Below, in pieces: positions 1 to 40,828 of a stretch of 64,000 nucleotides of DNA. Origin of the DNA: the human T2T-CHM13v2.0 reference genome, Homo sapiens. How positions within the stretch are numbered: position 1 is the stretch's first letter; every line of letters begins with the position of its first letter. The notes below the pieces were generated by a model. That model was not told the origin of the DNA. It was given only the letters and a program-made list of their open reading frames with translations, and did no database searches. A program made the position numbers and the translations under genes. Location: assembly GCF_009914755.1 (NCBI RefSeq), contig NC_060934.1; one strand, 5' to 3'.

Positions 1-7138
<7,138 letters not shown>

Positions 7139-7289
7139 TTAAATGAGGCAAAGGGTAGTCCTGATTACACAATCATTTCTGTACTTTCGGAGCAATTTAC
7201 ATGTGTATTTTGTTTCATTTTTATTATTAACAAAAACCTCCAGTATGTCTGAAAACTACTAAGACTAACTTCCTCCAATCACTGTATAG

Positions 7290-7570
7290 AACGGATCACA
7301 AATATAATGTTTACAAGGCCAAAAAAGTAATGTAAATAAGCAAAGCAGGCTGTAAGAAGGAATGCATGCCCCTTCTGAAAGACAAATCTTCCCTAGCTCA
7401 AGCTAATTGCTGCCAGGCAGGAATGTGGGCCCACTGTTACCAGATTATCCCTTTTTCCCAAAAGGAACTGAACTCTCAGGATTTCTAAGTGTTGATTCCC
7501 ATTTAAAAAATAACAACTGCAAAACATATCCACATGCCACATCCCAGCCTACTGGTCTACAGTGACCTCA
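7290..7570 (+). mobile_element. Degenerate MER102-like hAT element
   Basis: CAGGAATGTGGGCCCACTGTTACCAGAT and flanks resemble MER102 (recall only). Confidence 0.45.
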
Positions 7571-8143
7571 TTTATAGTCGGTCATACTCTCTAAAATAAA
7601 AGCAACATCAAGTGAGGAGTTAGTGATATGTAAGCACAAGAAAGGAAAAAGAACTATGCACCTGTAGAAGGCAACGTTCAGAAACCAAAACTTGGTAGGA
7701 TTAATAAAGATATTTGAAGCTACTTAGTCTGGTGGCTAGGAAAAAGACTCATGCAAACTAACCAATTCAAGATAAAAAGAATAACCAAGTGTCAAGTCAG
7801 AGTGACTTTTCCACTACATCACACTGGCTCCCAAATGGATAGACTATAGAGAGAATAAGGCATTTTTTTCAACTGGATGGCAGTTTAAAGTAGTCTGGAG
7901 TACAAACTTAGAACAGGTGTCAATCTTACTGATATCTTCCTGGAACAGAAGCTGAATTCAAGAATATTTTACCCTGGACCAAATGTTATCCAACACTCCC
8001 AGCCTATATTGGCCATCAGCAGAGCATACAGAAACCACAGAGTAGCCCAACAATGGGAAGGGAGAAACTTTCACCAACTCAAGAAAGAAAAAAAAGAAGG
8101 AAAATCAGGTGACTAATGTTTGTTTTCATTATTTCTTGTTTTA

Positions 8144-11775
<3,632 letters not shown>

Positions 11776-11809
11776 CATAGGCAAAGCTCCTAATAAAATG
11801 CATAAACTG

Positions 11810-12140
11810 GAGGTTATGATGATAAGTGAAATACGCCAGGCACAGAATGACAGACATCACATGTTCTTACTTATTTGTGGGATCTAAAAATCAAAACAAT
11901 TGAATTCATGGAGATAGAGAGTAGAAGGATGGTTACTAGAGGCTGGGAAGGGTAGTGGGTGGTTGAGGGCAGGTGGGGATGGTTAATGGGTACCAAAGAA
12001 AAAAAAAAAGACCTAGGATTTGATAGCACAACAGGGTGACTATAATCAATAATAATTGCACATTTCAAAATAACTAAAAGAGTTTAATTGGATTGTTTGT
12101 AACAAAGAATAAATGCTTGAGGGGATGACTACCCCCCACC
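11810..12140 (+). mobile_element. L1MA-type 3' end fragment
   Basis: Typical L1MA 3' UTR text (GGAGATAGAGAGTAGAAGGATGGTTAC..GATAGCACAACAGGGTGACTATA..GGATTGTTTGTAAC). Confidence 0.75.
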
Positions 12141-13030
12141 CAAAAAAGCATAACATACAATAAGCATTCAATAAATATTAGCTACTAAATCTTTTATGGT
12201 TAACATCGTCAGCAGCAGCAAGAGCGTTACAGCTGAATCCACTTAGACCCCAGCACAGGTCAGACTTGTTCTAGGCTCTGGATCCATTTCCTATCCTTAA
12301 GCAAAACAAATAAGAAACCCCAGTAGTAGGTCAGTATTCATCAATGTGGTTCTGATCTTTCAATTGAACTAGTCCCTGAGCTACCAATCTACAAACTAGA
12401 TTTCATTCCCTTGGGTATTTAAGGACCGCTCAGTCCTGTCCACTACCCTACGGGACCTGAGGGTAACAGCCAGCCCAAAAGTGCCTACAAGACTGTGCCC
12501 ACTGCTGTACCCAAGCAGTGGTTGGTTCTCTTGGTATGCCTTTGGAAAACCTGCCACCTGCCAGGCAGGACAAACATCTCACCTAGCTGAACTTCTTCCC
12601 AGAGCTGGGTCTCCCCGACAAGAGTTTTCCCTACCCTGGTGGCCCCTCCTATTCTAGACTCAAAGTCACTCACGCTCAAGACCTCAGGCTTCTCTGACTC
12701 CCACATCGTCCCTACATCAATCAATAACTAAACCCTGCTGAATCCTTCTTGCACATGTCTTCTGCAGACACTCTTCTTTCCTTGTCATTTGTACTACCTT
12801 CTTTATCCCTCATCAGTCTCTGCCTGCGTTTCAAACAGTGCTTACAAAAAACAGCCAGATTAATTAGCCAAAAATACAGCTTTCATATGTCACTGAATTG
12901 CTCAAAAAGCATCTGAGGTTCTCTATATCCAATAAGACAAAATTTCACTTTCCTTTGCTGATATTGTGAATTTCCCTACTTTTGAACCTTTGCTAATACC
13001 ATTCCTTCTATCTAAAATATTTTCTCTTCT

Positions 13031-16650
<3,620 letters not shown>

Positions 16651-19257
16651 TCAACCCTAACTTTCAAGACAGGCAGAATGTGTGGATTAGGTTAAAGAAA
16701 CTTCAGGGGTACCCTGTCCTTTTACACTATTAAAAGGCATTTTTCTGATTGACAGTAGTTTAAAAGCTTGAATGTTGATAGTCCCAACTGACATACCACT
16801 GTTTCCTAAGCCTATGGAACAGGGAAATGCAAAGTAGGGCTGCCTGCAAAGTGAGATGACTGATGCCCAGGTGGCTCAAGTTGTTGCCAGGGAATGGGCT
16901 ATTATCTCCAGGTGCCCCAATAGTTCAGATAATTCCACACAGTCCCAAGTTATAAAATACAGCTGAACACAGAACAAGGAGGTTACTCTGTAAATGGATT
17001 GATCTTACATAAATGCTTTAAGACCATCTCTGTCTCAAGAGGTTAGACCAGAAAATGAATGCCCAAATACCAGCAGAGGCAGTACTTGTGTTTGCAAATA
17101 CATAACAGTTAAGAGCTCAGGCTCCGATGCCAGATAGACATGGGTTAAATCCCAGCTCTTCCAGCAAATAGCTGTGTGGCTATCTCTGTTAAGACATTCT
17201 TCCGACTATGTACAGTAGGGCTGATTGCATTCCTTAAGATGAGAATATGTGGTAGCTTCAGATGTTAGTGCTTTCCTTCCTAAAACTATGCCCTAATCCC
17301 TTTGGTTGGACCTGTATTTTCCTCAAAAGCCTCACTCACTCATTTTAGGGTAGAGCTTTCTAGCTGGCTCATCTCATTCATTATGCTTTGAATCTCTCAA
17401 ATTTCCATCTTTGAGAAAAACATATCTTAAAACTCTGGATGGTCGACCGGACTTTATAACTACAGAGAAAATGTAATTTTAACTAGAACATACAAACCAC
17501 TTAGTTATACAAAACTTAAAATTGGTGCTTTCTTTAAAAATCACAAATGCTATATGCTGGAGACAGTATGGAGACAGCTAAGCCTAGCCTATCAGTAATG
17601 AATTTAGAACAAAAGCAGACTGACACAAAAGAGGACAAAAGGAGGCATCCTGCCTGTGCTTACCACCTGATTCTCTAAGTTCAGGGGTCTTTTGCACATT
17701 ATAGGAGATTTTGTGATGTAGTGGAAAACAGAGGAGAACAAGTTCCATAGAGTCTTCATTTGTATTAGCTTATCTTAGTGCCCCACTGCTACCATCCTAA
17801 TACAGGCAGTAAAGACTAAGTCCCAACAGGTTTCTCTGCCTTAGGACTCTCTCCACTTCCTGACATCCTGCACACAGCCACCAAACTACTTTCCTAAACC
17901 CCCAGTTCCATCAGATAACTTTCCAGCTCAAAAACTTTAATGGCTCCCTACCTACTACGCATTGGGAAAATCCCAACTAAAATTCAAGACCCAGGCCAGC
18001 ATTACCCTACTGTTATAATACAGGACTTGTGTCCTTCTAATTACCCCAAGGAAATTCTATAAAGCTTCAACCAGACTAATCGGCTCACTGCTCCCCCAAC
18101 ACAAACTGCCCGCATATCTAGGCTGGATTACGCCCACGCCAGCCCTCACTCCAACCTTTCTGCCATTCCTTCCAAAGCCAGCCTACCCCCCCATCTCTGG
18201 CCCCACACACTACCCATACTACCCATCTTCTGACCCTCATCAACACACCCTTGTAGCTATCTCAATTCCCGTGGCATCCCAATCCGCTCCAATCAAGTCA
18301 AAGTTCCTTGGAAGGCAGACACATACTTTACATAGAGGGTCCAGCACAGTGCCCTGCACTTAGTAGGTGCTGGCTATTACTGATTAAAACCAGCAGGGGT
18401 TCAAATAACGTTTCTAGGGAGGGCAAGATAATACTGCCTATCTTCTTCCATTCGTAGTAAAAAGTATTCAGCGTTCACTACAAGCCTGAAAACGCCTAGC
18501 GTACGCAGATCAACGGTGCAGTGGAGAGGGCACGCCGCCGGATGGCAAAAAACCTGTGTCCTAATCCTGGTTTTGCCACAATCTCGGCAGTTGCTGGGAA
18601 ATCAAGCCATCTCTCGGAGCTCCGGTTGTCTCCGACGTAAAACAAGGGAGCTGCTGTAGAGGATCCCGAGGTATCTTTTGGCTCCTAAATGTCCCCCGAT
18701 AGGAAACCCCACACTCGTCTTCCAAGGCGGGAGGCAGGCAAACTTTTTTCCCAGCGCGGGCATTCCACACGGTCCTGGAAACTCAGTGCCCGGAGAAAAG
18801 GGCAGGGCTGAGGGCAAGGTGAGAAGCGGTCCCCCCGAAGTCGCCGGATTCCTTTACCCCACGGCTCGAGTCCGCCTCAGGTTCCCGGCCCCCTCACAGG
18901 CGGACTCCGGGAGAGTGACGCGGCGCGGCTCCCAGGTGCAGGCCGGGTGACTCTGTCCGCCCCTGCGCCCCCCGCACTAGTGGCACACGCCCCGTGGCCC
19001 CGGGTAGCGGCCCCGGCCCCTCACCAGCCCAAGGGACGTCCCCGACTCTGGACCAGGCCTCTGGCTCCCGCCTGGCGAGCCGCTCTTCCGGGCCCTGGGG
19101 CGGCCTCAGCGCGGCAGTACGGGCCCCAGGCCGGCGGGACGGGCGGCGTGAGGGGCAGCGGTGGCGGCTTTAAGTGCTGAATCACCACTTTGCAACCCGA
19201 GCGCCAAACCGCTGTGACCCACGGGGCCCGAGGGCCCGGGCGCTCCATTCCGCTTAC

Positions 19258-19355
19258 CCACACAGGCGCTCCGGAGGCGGCAGGCGGGCGCCGAGGACTG
19301 AGCGGAAGGTGCTGGGCAGTGCGGGGTGCAGAAGCCACGCTAGCCGGTACCGCAT
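19258..19355 (-). CDS. IDE: IDE coding exon 1 (98 nt, phase 2): [32 protein letters not shown](G), the N-terminal extension of insulin-degrading enzyme
   Basis: Manual translation from the ATG at 19355 matches the known human IDE N-terminus. The exon ends TGT GG|GTAAGC (canonical donor, GT at 19257-19256) and lies in a CpG island. It is too short for the ORF track. Confidence 0.97.
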
Positions 19356-19386
19356 TAGCCAGCGCAGTCGCCGGGATCACCGCAAA

Positions 19387-19433
19387 CGCTTCCTGCTTGC
19401 GCTTCGAGCCGGCCCTGCGCACTGCGCATGCTC
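19387..19433 (-). promoter_or_regulatory. IDE core promoter motifs: NRF1-like TGCGCACTGCGCATGCTC (19416-19433) and ETS/GABP-like CAGGAAGCG (minus strand, 19387-19395)
   Basis: Matches the NRF1 consensus (YGCGCAYGCGCR, partial) and the ETS GGAA core directly upstream of the IDE ATG. Confidence 0.65.
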
Positions 19434-20654
19434 TAGCCGCGGCGCCGCGCGGTCTCCCGGGAGCTGCGGAGAGGTAGCTGCTCCGGGTTTTGCCTGGAGC
19501 CGGATGGGGCCAGGACGCAGGCGAGGACGGTGAGGACCGCGGACAGCCGAGGCCTGAGCAGGCGGACTGGAGGGACAGGGGTTTGGCCGGGGCGCTTTAG
19601 GAGCCAGCACCCAGACTTTCCCAGGCGGGGAGGGTCCCAGCTAGATCCCACCGGCCGCACTTGTGAGGGTGGCGACGTGTGTCTGACTGTGAGGGGGCGA
19701 GGGGCCGCTCATAAATCCAGTGAGGGCACACGGGGCTATGTTTTCTGAGGCACCCCCACTGACTAGCGTGCCGGACCCTGCAGGTGTTGGAACAAGGTTC
19801 GTGGTCGCGGCGGCCTCACGTAAAATGAATCCGCGGCCGGCGCGCGGCCCGCGGGCTCCCTCTAGAGCGCGGTGGGGACGTGGACCGCGAAGGCACAGAT
19901 GCGCTGGAGACAAGGCTCGAGTGCGGCGTGGGGGAAATTCAGACGCAGGGGTCAGCGATAGAGAGGCCAGGACCCAGGGGGACGTTTCCATCCTTGGGGA
20001 AGTTAGCAGCTCTCTTAAGAGGAAGGTGCGGATGGGACGGGCGCCGCAGCAAAACAAGGCTTCAAATCCAGAGTAGAAACTACTACTCTTGTTAGTACTC
20101 CGTACTAGGAATACTACTAATGTCAGTCGGCTTCAGTGGTTACTTTTTAAACAAAGAATTTTCTCCCCAGTGGCTTTATGGGGCTTTGCACCCACGAACA
20201 ACTTAATAGTTGTTATGAATCTAACTTTCCATAATACCTTATGGGAGTCTTTAAGGAAGAATGCTATTAGGGATGGTGACTTGCCAGCTTAAGTACTTTT
20301 AGGTTTCTGATTGACAGACGATCAAGACTGCAGCCAAAAACGGTGTCCTTAGTCCAAGTATTGCTTTAAATGGGAATTCAGTAGGAGGGTTCCTTAATCA
20401 AGTTGATGCTTTATCGAAGACGTACCCACGATCTTTTTAACAGTGCGGTTTCACCTAAAGGCAAACCTTTGGATGAAAACAGGTAAAAATTATGGCAAGC
20501 CTCCTAGTGGTGTTTGCAAGTGCATGGTTTTAAGAACCTTTAAATTACCAGTCCCAATGCAGAGTAGTCAATCACCTTGAAGCAGCTCCTCTGAGAGTGT
20601 TAATGCAGCCTTTCTGAATACATTTATGCTCCATTAATGGAATCTATAAATGGG

Positions 20655-21284
<630 letters not shown>

Positions 21285-21369
21285 GTTGGAGTAGATGTCC
21301 TGGATAAGAAAGATTAATATTAATATAGTCTCATAACTATCATCTCAATAAAGAGGAGGTGGATGGAAA

Positions 21370-35900
<14,531 letters not shown>

Positions 35901-36419
35901 AAAAGACACTTCCCTTGCTGAGTAAATGTAGTGGAGGAGTTGGGGGTAGGAGAAAAGGGCAGAAGAGAAACTTGTTAAGGAGGTAGATGACATTTGTTCA
36001 GGGAAGAGATAAGAGCCTTGTACTAGGGTGATCATCGGAGGGGAGATAAAATCAACAGGACTCCACTACACGTGGAGGAATCAAAGGTTCTGGTTAGCAC
36101 CAGTATCCAGATGAGAAAAGATTAGGGTGGAGATAGGTCCCATTTTGAAATGCCAGCGAGCCACCTAAGAGGAGATATCAATAGACAGCTGGCTACTCAA
36201 AATAGAGATGACCAGCAGAAGGAGCTGTAGATGCAGTTATTTCCTTGGGGCGGGTTGTGCGGGGGGGCGCATGTAGGGGATTAGCAAGTGGAGGAACACA
36301 AAAAGGACATCAGAGCTTTCCACTACACCGGGTTGTTACTTAATAGACTAACACGACATTTAGGTTCCCATGGGTTGTGTGGGCCAGAAGCGCAGTTCCA
36401 GGAACCGACTACAACATAG

Positions 36420-36907
36420 TGTGGGATATGATGTTTCTCTTCAAATAACCCGATCAATCTTTTATTCTTTAATTCATAGTACCCTCCCTTTTTTCTCTTT
36501 TTCTCCTTTTTTGCTTTTGTTAAATGCCCAGGCACGCCACAATACTAGGCCTTATCAATACCAGCTCACATTCCTTTCCTTATTTGAAGGGACTAACTTT
36601 TTAGCTCATTACAGACACCCCTTCCCCTTTCCTGTCCGCTTTCTTTTAAGTACCCACCTTAGCTAAAAAAAATCAAATGTTTAGCCAACCGGGATTAGTT
36701 TAGATTATACGACCCGACCCCAGCCAATGGGAAAAAGATACAGGGGCAGGACTTGCGTCAAAAATAGACTCCTGCCCCTTTGTTCAGGTGTGCTCTCAAG
36801 GCGACTGGCCAAAAAGGCACCCCTCTGCGCAAAAATAAAATTGCTTTGCTAAAAATCCTTTGTTCAAGTGTTCAATTTCCTTAAGATTTTAAAAGTTATT
36901 CATAACA
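36420..36907 (+). mobile_element. Solo ERV1-class LTR (LTR15-like)
   Basis: Starts TG, ends CA and is flanked by the 4-bp target duplication ATAG (36416-36419 and 36908-36911). Contains CCAAT 36724-36728 and AATAAA 36834-36839. The family name is from recall. Confidence 0.85.
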
Positions 36908-36929
36908 ATAGGCTCCTGTTTCAGTATTT

Positions 36930-37200
36930 CCTGGTGCGGCGTACCACACCTACAGCGGTCGAGTCACGCCAGGCACTGCCAAGACGCCGAAAAGTTCTCC
37001 CGCAGCAGGCCGGAGGTGACCGACGGCGCGCAGGCCCCAGCGAGCGCTGCATGCTGGGATCCGTAGGCCGGGGCGGCGGATGTTTGCGCAGCTTCCTTGA
37101 GATGCCACCGCCCGCTGCGCCGCGCAGAAACGGGGAGCGCAGCGCACCCGCGGCCTGCGTCACTCGGTCAGTGCAGTCGTTCTAAAATCGAGGCGGACCC
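36930..37200. promoter_or_regulatory. Small CpG-rich element about 1.5 kb upstream of KIF11 with a ZNF143/SBS-like motif (37049-37067)
   Basis: Dense CpG. The minus strand CCTACGGATCCCAGCATGC resembles the ACTACAnnTCCCAGCATGC ZNF143 consensus. Confidence 0.6.
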
Positions 37201-37329
37201 TGCTTTCTTGCCTGGAGTCACTTAGAGATGATGACTAAAGGATAAATTCAGAGTCCTCCAAATGGCGTCCAGTGTCCATTTCATCACGATTTGGAACCTG
37301 TAGTAGCCTTATCGCTTAACACTTCCTAA

Positions 37330-37973
37330 TTATTATTATTATTATTTTCTTTTTGAGAAAGGGCATTGCTCTGTCGCCTATGCTGGAGTAATCCAGCGAC
37401 ATAATCCCGGCTCACTGCAGCCTCTATCTCCCGTGTTCAGCGATCCTTCTTCCTCAGCATCCCGAGTAGATGGGACCAAAAGGCACGCATCACCACACCA
37501 GGCTATTTTTTCCCCTCTATTTTTTGTTGAGACCCGTTGGGAGGCGCGGGGAGGGGGGTCTCCCTATGTCGCCCAGACTGGTCTCAAACTCCTGGAACTT
37601 AAGTTATCGTCCTACCTCGGCCCGTTAAAGTGTTGGGATTACAGGCCTGAGCCACCGGGCCCCAACATTAATTATTCTTCAAGCCTATTCTGGACCGGGC
37701 GCGGTGGCTCACGCCTGTAATCCCAGCACTTTGGGAGGCCGAGGCGGGTGGATCATCTGAGGTCAGGAGTTCGAGACCAGCCTGGCCAACATGGTGAAAC
37801 CACATCTCTACTGAAAATACAAATATTAGCCGGGCGTGGTGGCACGCACCTGTAATCCCAGCTACTCGGGGGCTGAAGCAGCAGAATCGCTTGAACCTGC
37901 GAGGCGGAGGTTGCAATGAGCCGAGATCGCGCCACTGCACTCCAGCCTGGGTGACAAGAGCAAGACTCCGTCT

Positions 37974-38005
<32 letters not shown>
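37330..38005. repeat. Head-to-head Alu pair (- about 37330-37645; + 37693-38005 with a (CA)15 tail) within the KIF11 promoter region
   Basis: Alu motifs; TSD AAG(C/A)CTATTCT around the + copy; (CA)15 at 37976-38005. Confidence 0.88.
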
Positions 38006-38007
<2 letters not shown>

Positions 38008-38438
38008 GACTATTCTGGTCTCTGCCTCCGGGATGGCGGCTCGCTTTGGACCTCTCTTCTGTGCTTCTACTGCCCTCTCTTACAATTCTCTAATAATTAT
38101 AATCATGGCGAGTGCTTACCATATATTCCAATCTATTTACTTCCACAAGCTCATTAATTCTCACCCTAACCCTCTGAGATGGTTACTATTATTTCCTCTC
38201 TGCAGCTGAGGGAATTTTGGGCTAGGGACGTTATGTAAGTTGAGCCACGCTACGCTAAAAGTTCCACACTCAATTCTAGCGTCTCGGCTCTGGACTACCA
38301 AGTTCCGGAGCAAGCAGACAGACCACCTCTTTACGTTCCCGTAGGCCACGCTCCGGGGGCGGGGCTCCAGTGAGGATACTGCATCCCATGGTGCCTTGCG
38401 CGCCAGCGCAGCCATTGGTCCGGCTACTCTGTCTCTTT

Positions 38439-38454
38439 TTCAAATTGAGGCGCC
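38439..38454 (-). promoter_or_regulatory. CDE/CHR tandem element (DREAM/MMB-FOXM1 G2/M control)
   Basis: The minus strand reads GGCGCC-TCAA-TTTGAA: GC-rich CDE, exact 4-nt spacer, canonical CHR. It sits about 20 bp from a CCAAT box, as is typical for mitotic genes. Confidence 0.75.
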
Positions 38455-38502
38455 GAGTCGTTGCTTAGTTTCTGGGGATTCGGGCGGAGACGAGATTAGT
38501 GA

Positions 38503-38790
<288 letters not shown>

Positions 38791-40313
38791 TAGGGAGAGG
38801 GCTGACAGGATTCCGAGCGCTGCGGCTTCGCTGCTGGGCCCCCTACTGCGCGGTCCAGGGAGAGGGATTTTATTTGCATTTCCTGAGGGTCCCAGTTTCT
38901 TGGTTCTCCGCGTTCTGTTCAATAAAAATGACACCCGGTTGCTGTGTGTATGTGGTTTTTAGGAGAAAATAACATGTTTGATTTGATCACTGTTCCATAC
39001 TGAAAAGTGCGTTCTTATGTTTAAACTATAGTCAATAAAGATGTAGGTGTCACTTTTATATGCTACTTCATGTAGTTTGTCAGTTTGGAAGTAAGACTGA
39101 ATACCTATTTTGCAGATGGTTAAGCACTTACGTTGGTATTATTACCTCTAAAAAGCAATCAATCACTGTTCTCTTTATTCTAGATGCAATATTTTCTGCA
39201 TCCCTACTAAACAAGTAAACATCTCTGTCTTTAAACATTAAAAATTAATAAAGTGAGTTTATGTTTTTTAAAAGATCAAGACAAGTTAAGCTAGTGTAAA
39301 TTTCTGATTGTGCTGCAGTTTTCCCTTTCATCTGCGTGTTTGTTCATAGACCAAACTAAACGGATATTTCGAGATAAAGGGATGTGGAGGGGTGTTCGGC
39401 CCTCCCCTGACTGGTTTCCAAATAACTTCCCAATTTTAAAATAAGCTAGAAACTGCTGCTTAGTTAGAATTGATTTATTCAACTTTTTAGAGGCTCTCCA
39501 CAGTTTACTGAGTATGTGTGTTTTGTGTGTCCGTTTTTGTGGCTGTTAACAGTTGCTGTTGCAACTTTTCTGTAAACCCCAAAGTATTCTAAAATTAAAA
39601 GGTTATTTTTTAGAAAAACTTGTATCAACAAACTTTCTTAGGCTATTGTTTACTCAGCCCTGGTAACTTGAATTGTGGATATCGAAGGTGATGACTAGGT
39701 TTCTAAACAAGGTGTCAGAGAGGAAATTGGGTGGCAATCTTAAGTCTAGCCAGTGACACTTACTAGTTGTTGTACTCTGGGGCTTCTGTTAGTAGTTAGT
39801 TGTTTGAAGATTTTTATTTAAAAATGCAGTGCATATAACAAGTGCAAATTTTAAAATTATTTTGGTTGTTTAATAAAACCAGGCAATATTACCTTTTCCG
39901 TATGCATTTATTTAATTTCTTTTTTAATGTTAGTTACAAAATATTTCAGACTTACAAAAAGTTATTAAGAACAATGTAATAAACATTTGTATATTCATCA
40001 CCCAGATTAAGAAACAAAACAATCATTGCTGGAGCCCCCCTTTTCCCTCTCCATCCCTTTTCCTCCAGCCACTGTTAACCATTATCTTGAACTTGATGTT
40101 TATGATCCGTATACATTTCAAGTCTTAGAAGAGATTTACTTTATCACCAATGAATAGAATAGTTCTTTGCTTGTGTCTAATATTTACAATAATTTTTGTG
40201 TAAAGAGATTTTTTTTTTCAGATTAGCCTTTTTCTTTCAAATAGCCTTCCTGGTGCGTCTGTCATTAAGCATTAAGCTTTAGTAAATAGGCAACTTATGA
40301 GTTGCGAGGTCCT

Positions 40314-40828
<515 letters not shown>

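Larger units (their letters stand above)
18500..20050. promoter_or_regulatory. IDE: CpG island / TATA-less promoter of IDE
   Basis: Very GC- and CpG-rich, Alu-free stretch around exon 1. Boundaries are approximate. Confidence 0.9.

Noticed and set aside
12485-12724. 79-aa minus-strand ORF in non-Alu sequence (possible IDE cassette exon)
   Set aside because: No similarity to IDE or any protein I recognise; it partly overlaps L2-like sequence, and I found no convincing splice pair.
19817-19822. HIF-type TACGTG and other isolated short motifs (e.g. CACGTG at 36069-36074)
   Set aside because: Hexamers of this kind occur by chance in CpG-rich DNA, and there is no supporting context.
18561-20095. 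Many overlapping 70-138 aa ORFs around the IDE promoter
   Set aside because: Expected from stop-codon scarcity in a GC-rich island. Only IDE exon 1, the TAATG uORF and the in-phase part of 19021..19422 were kept.
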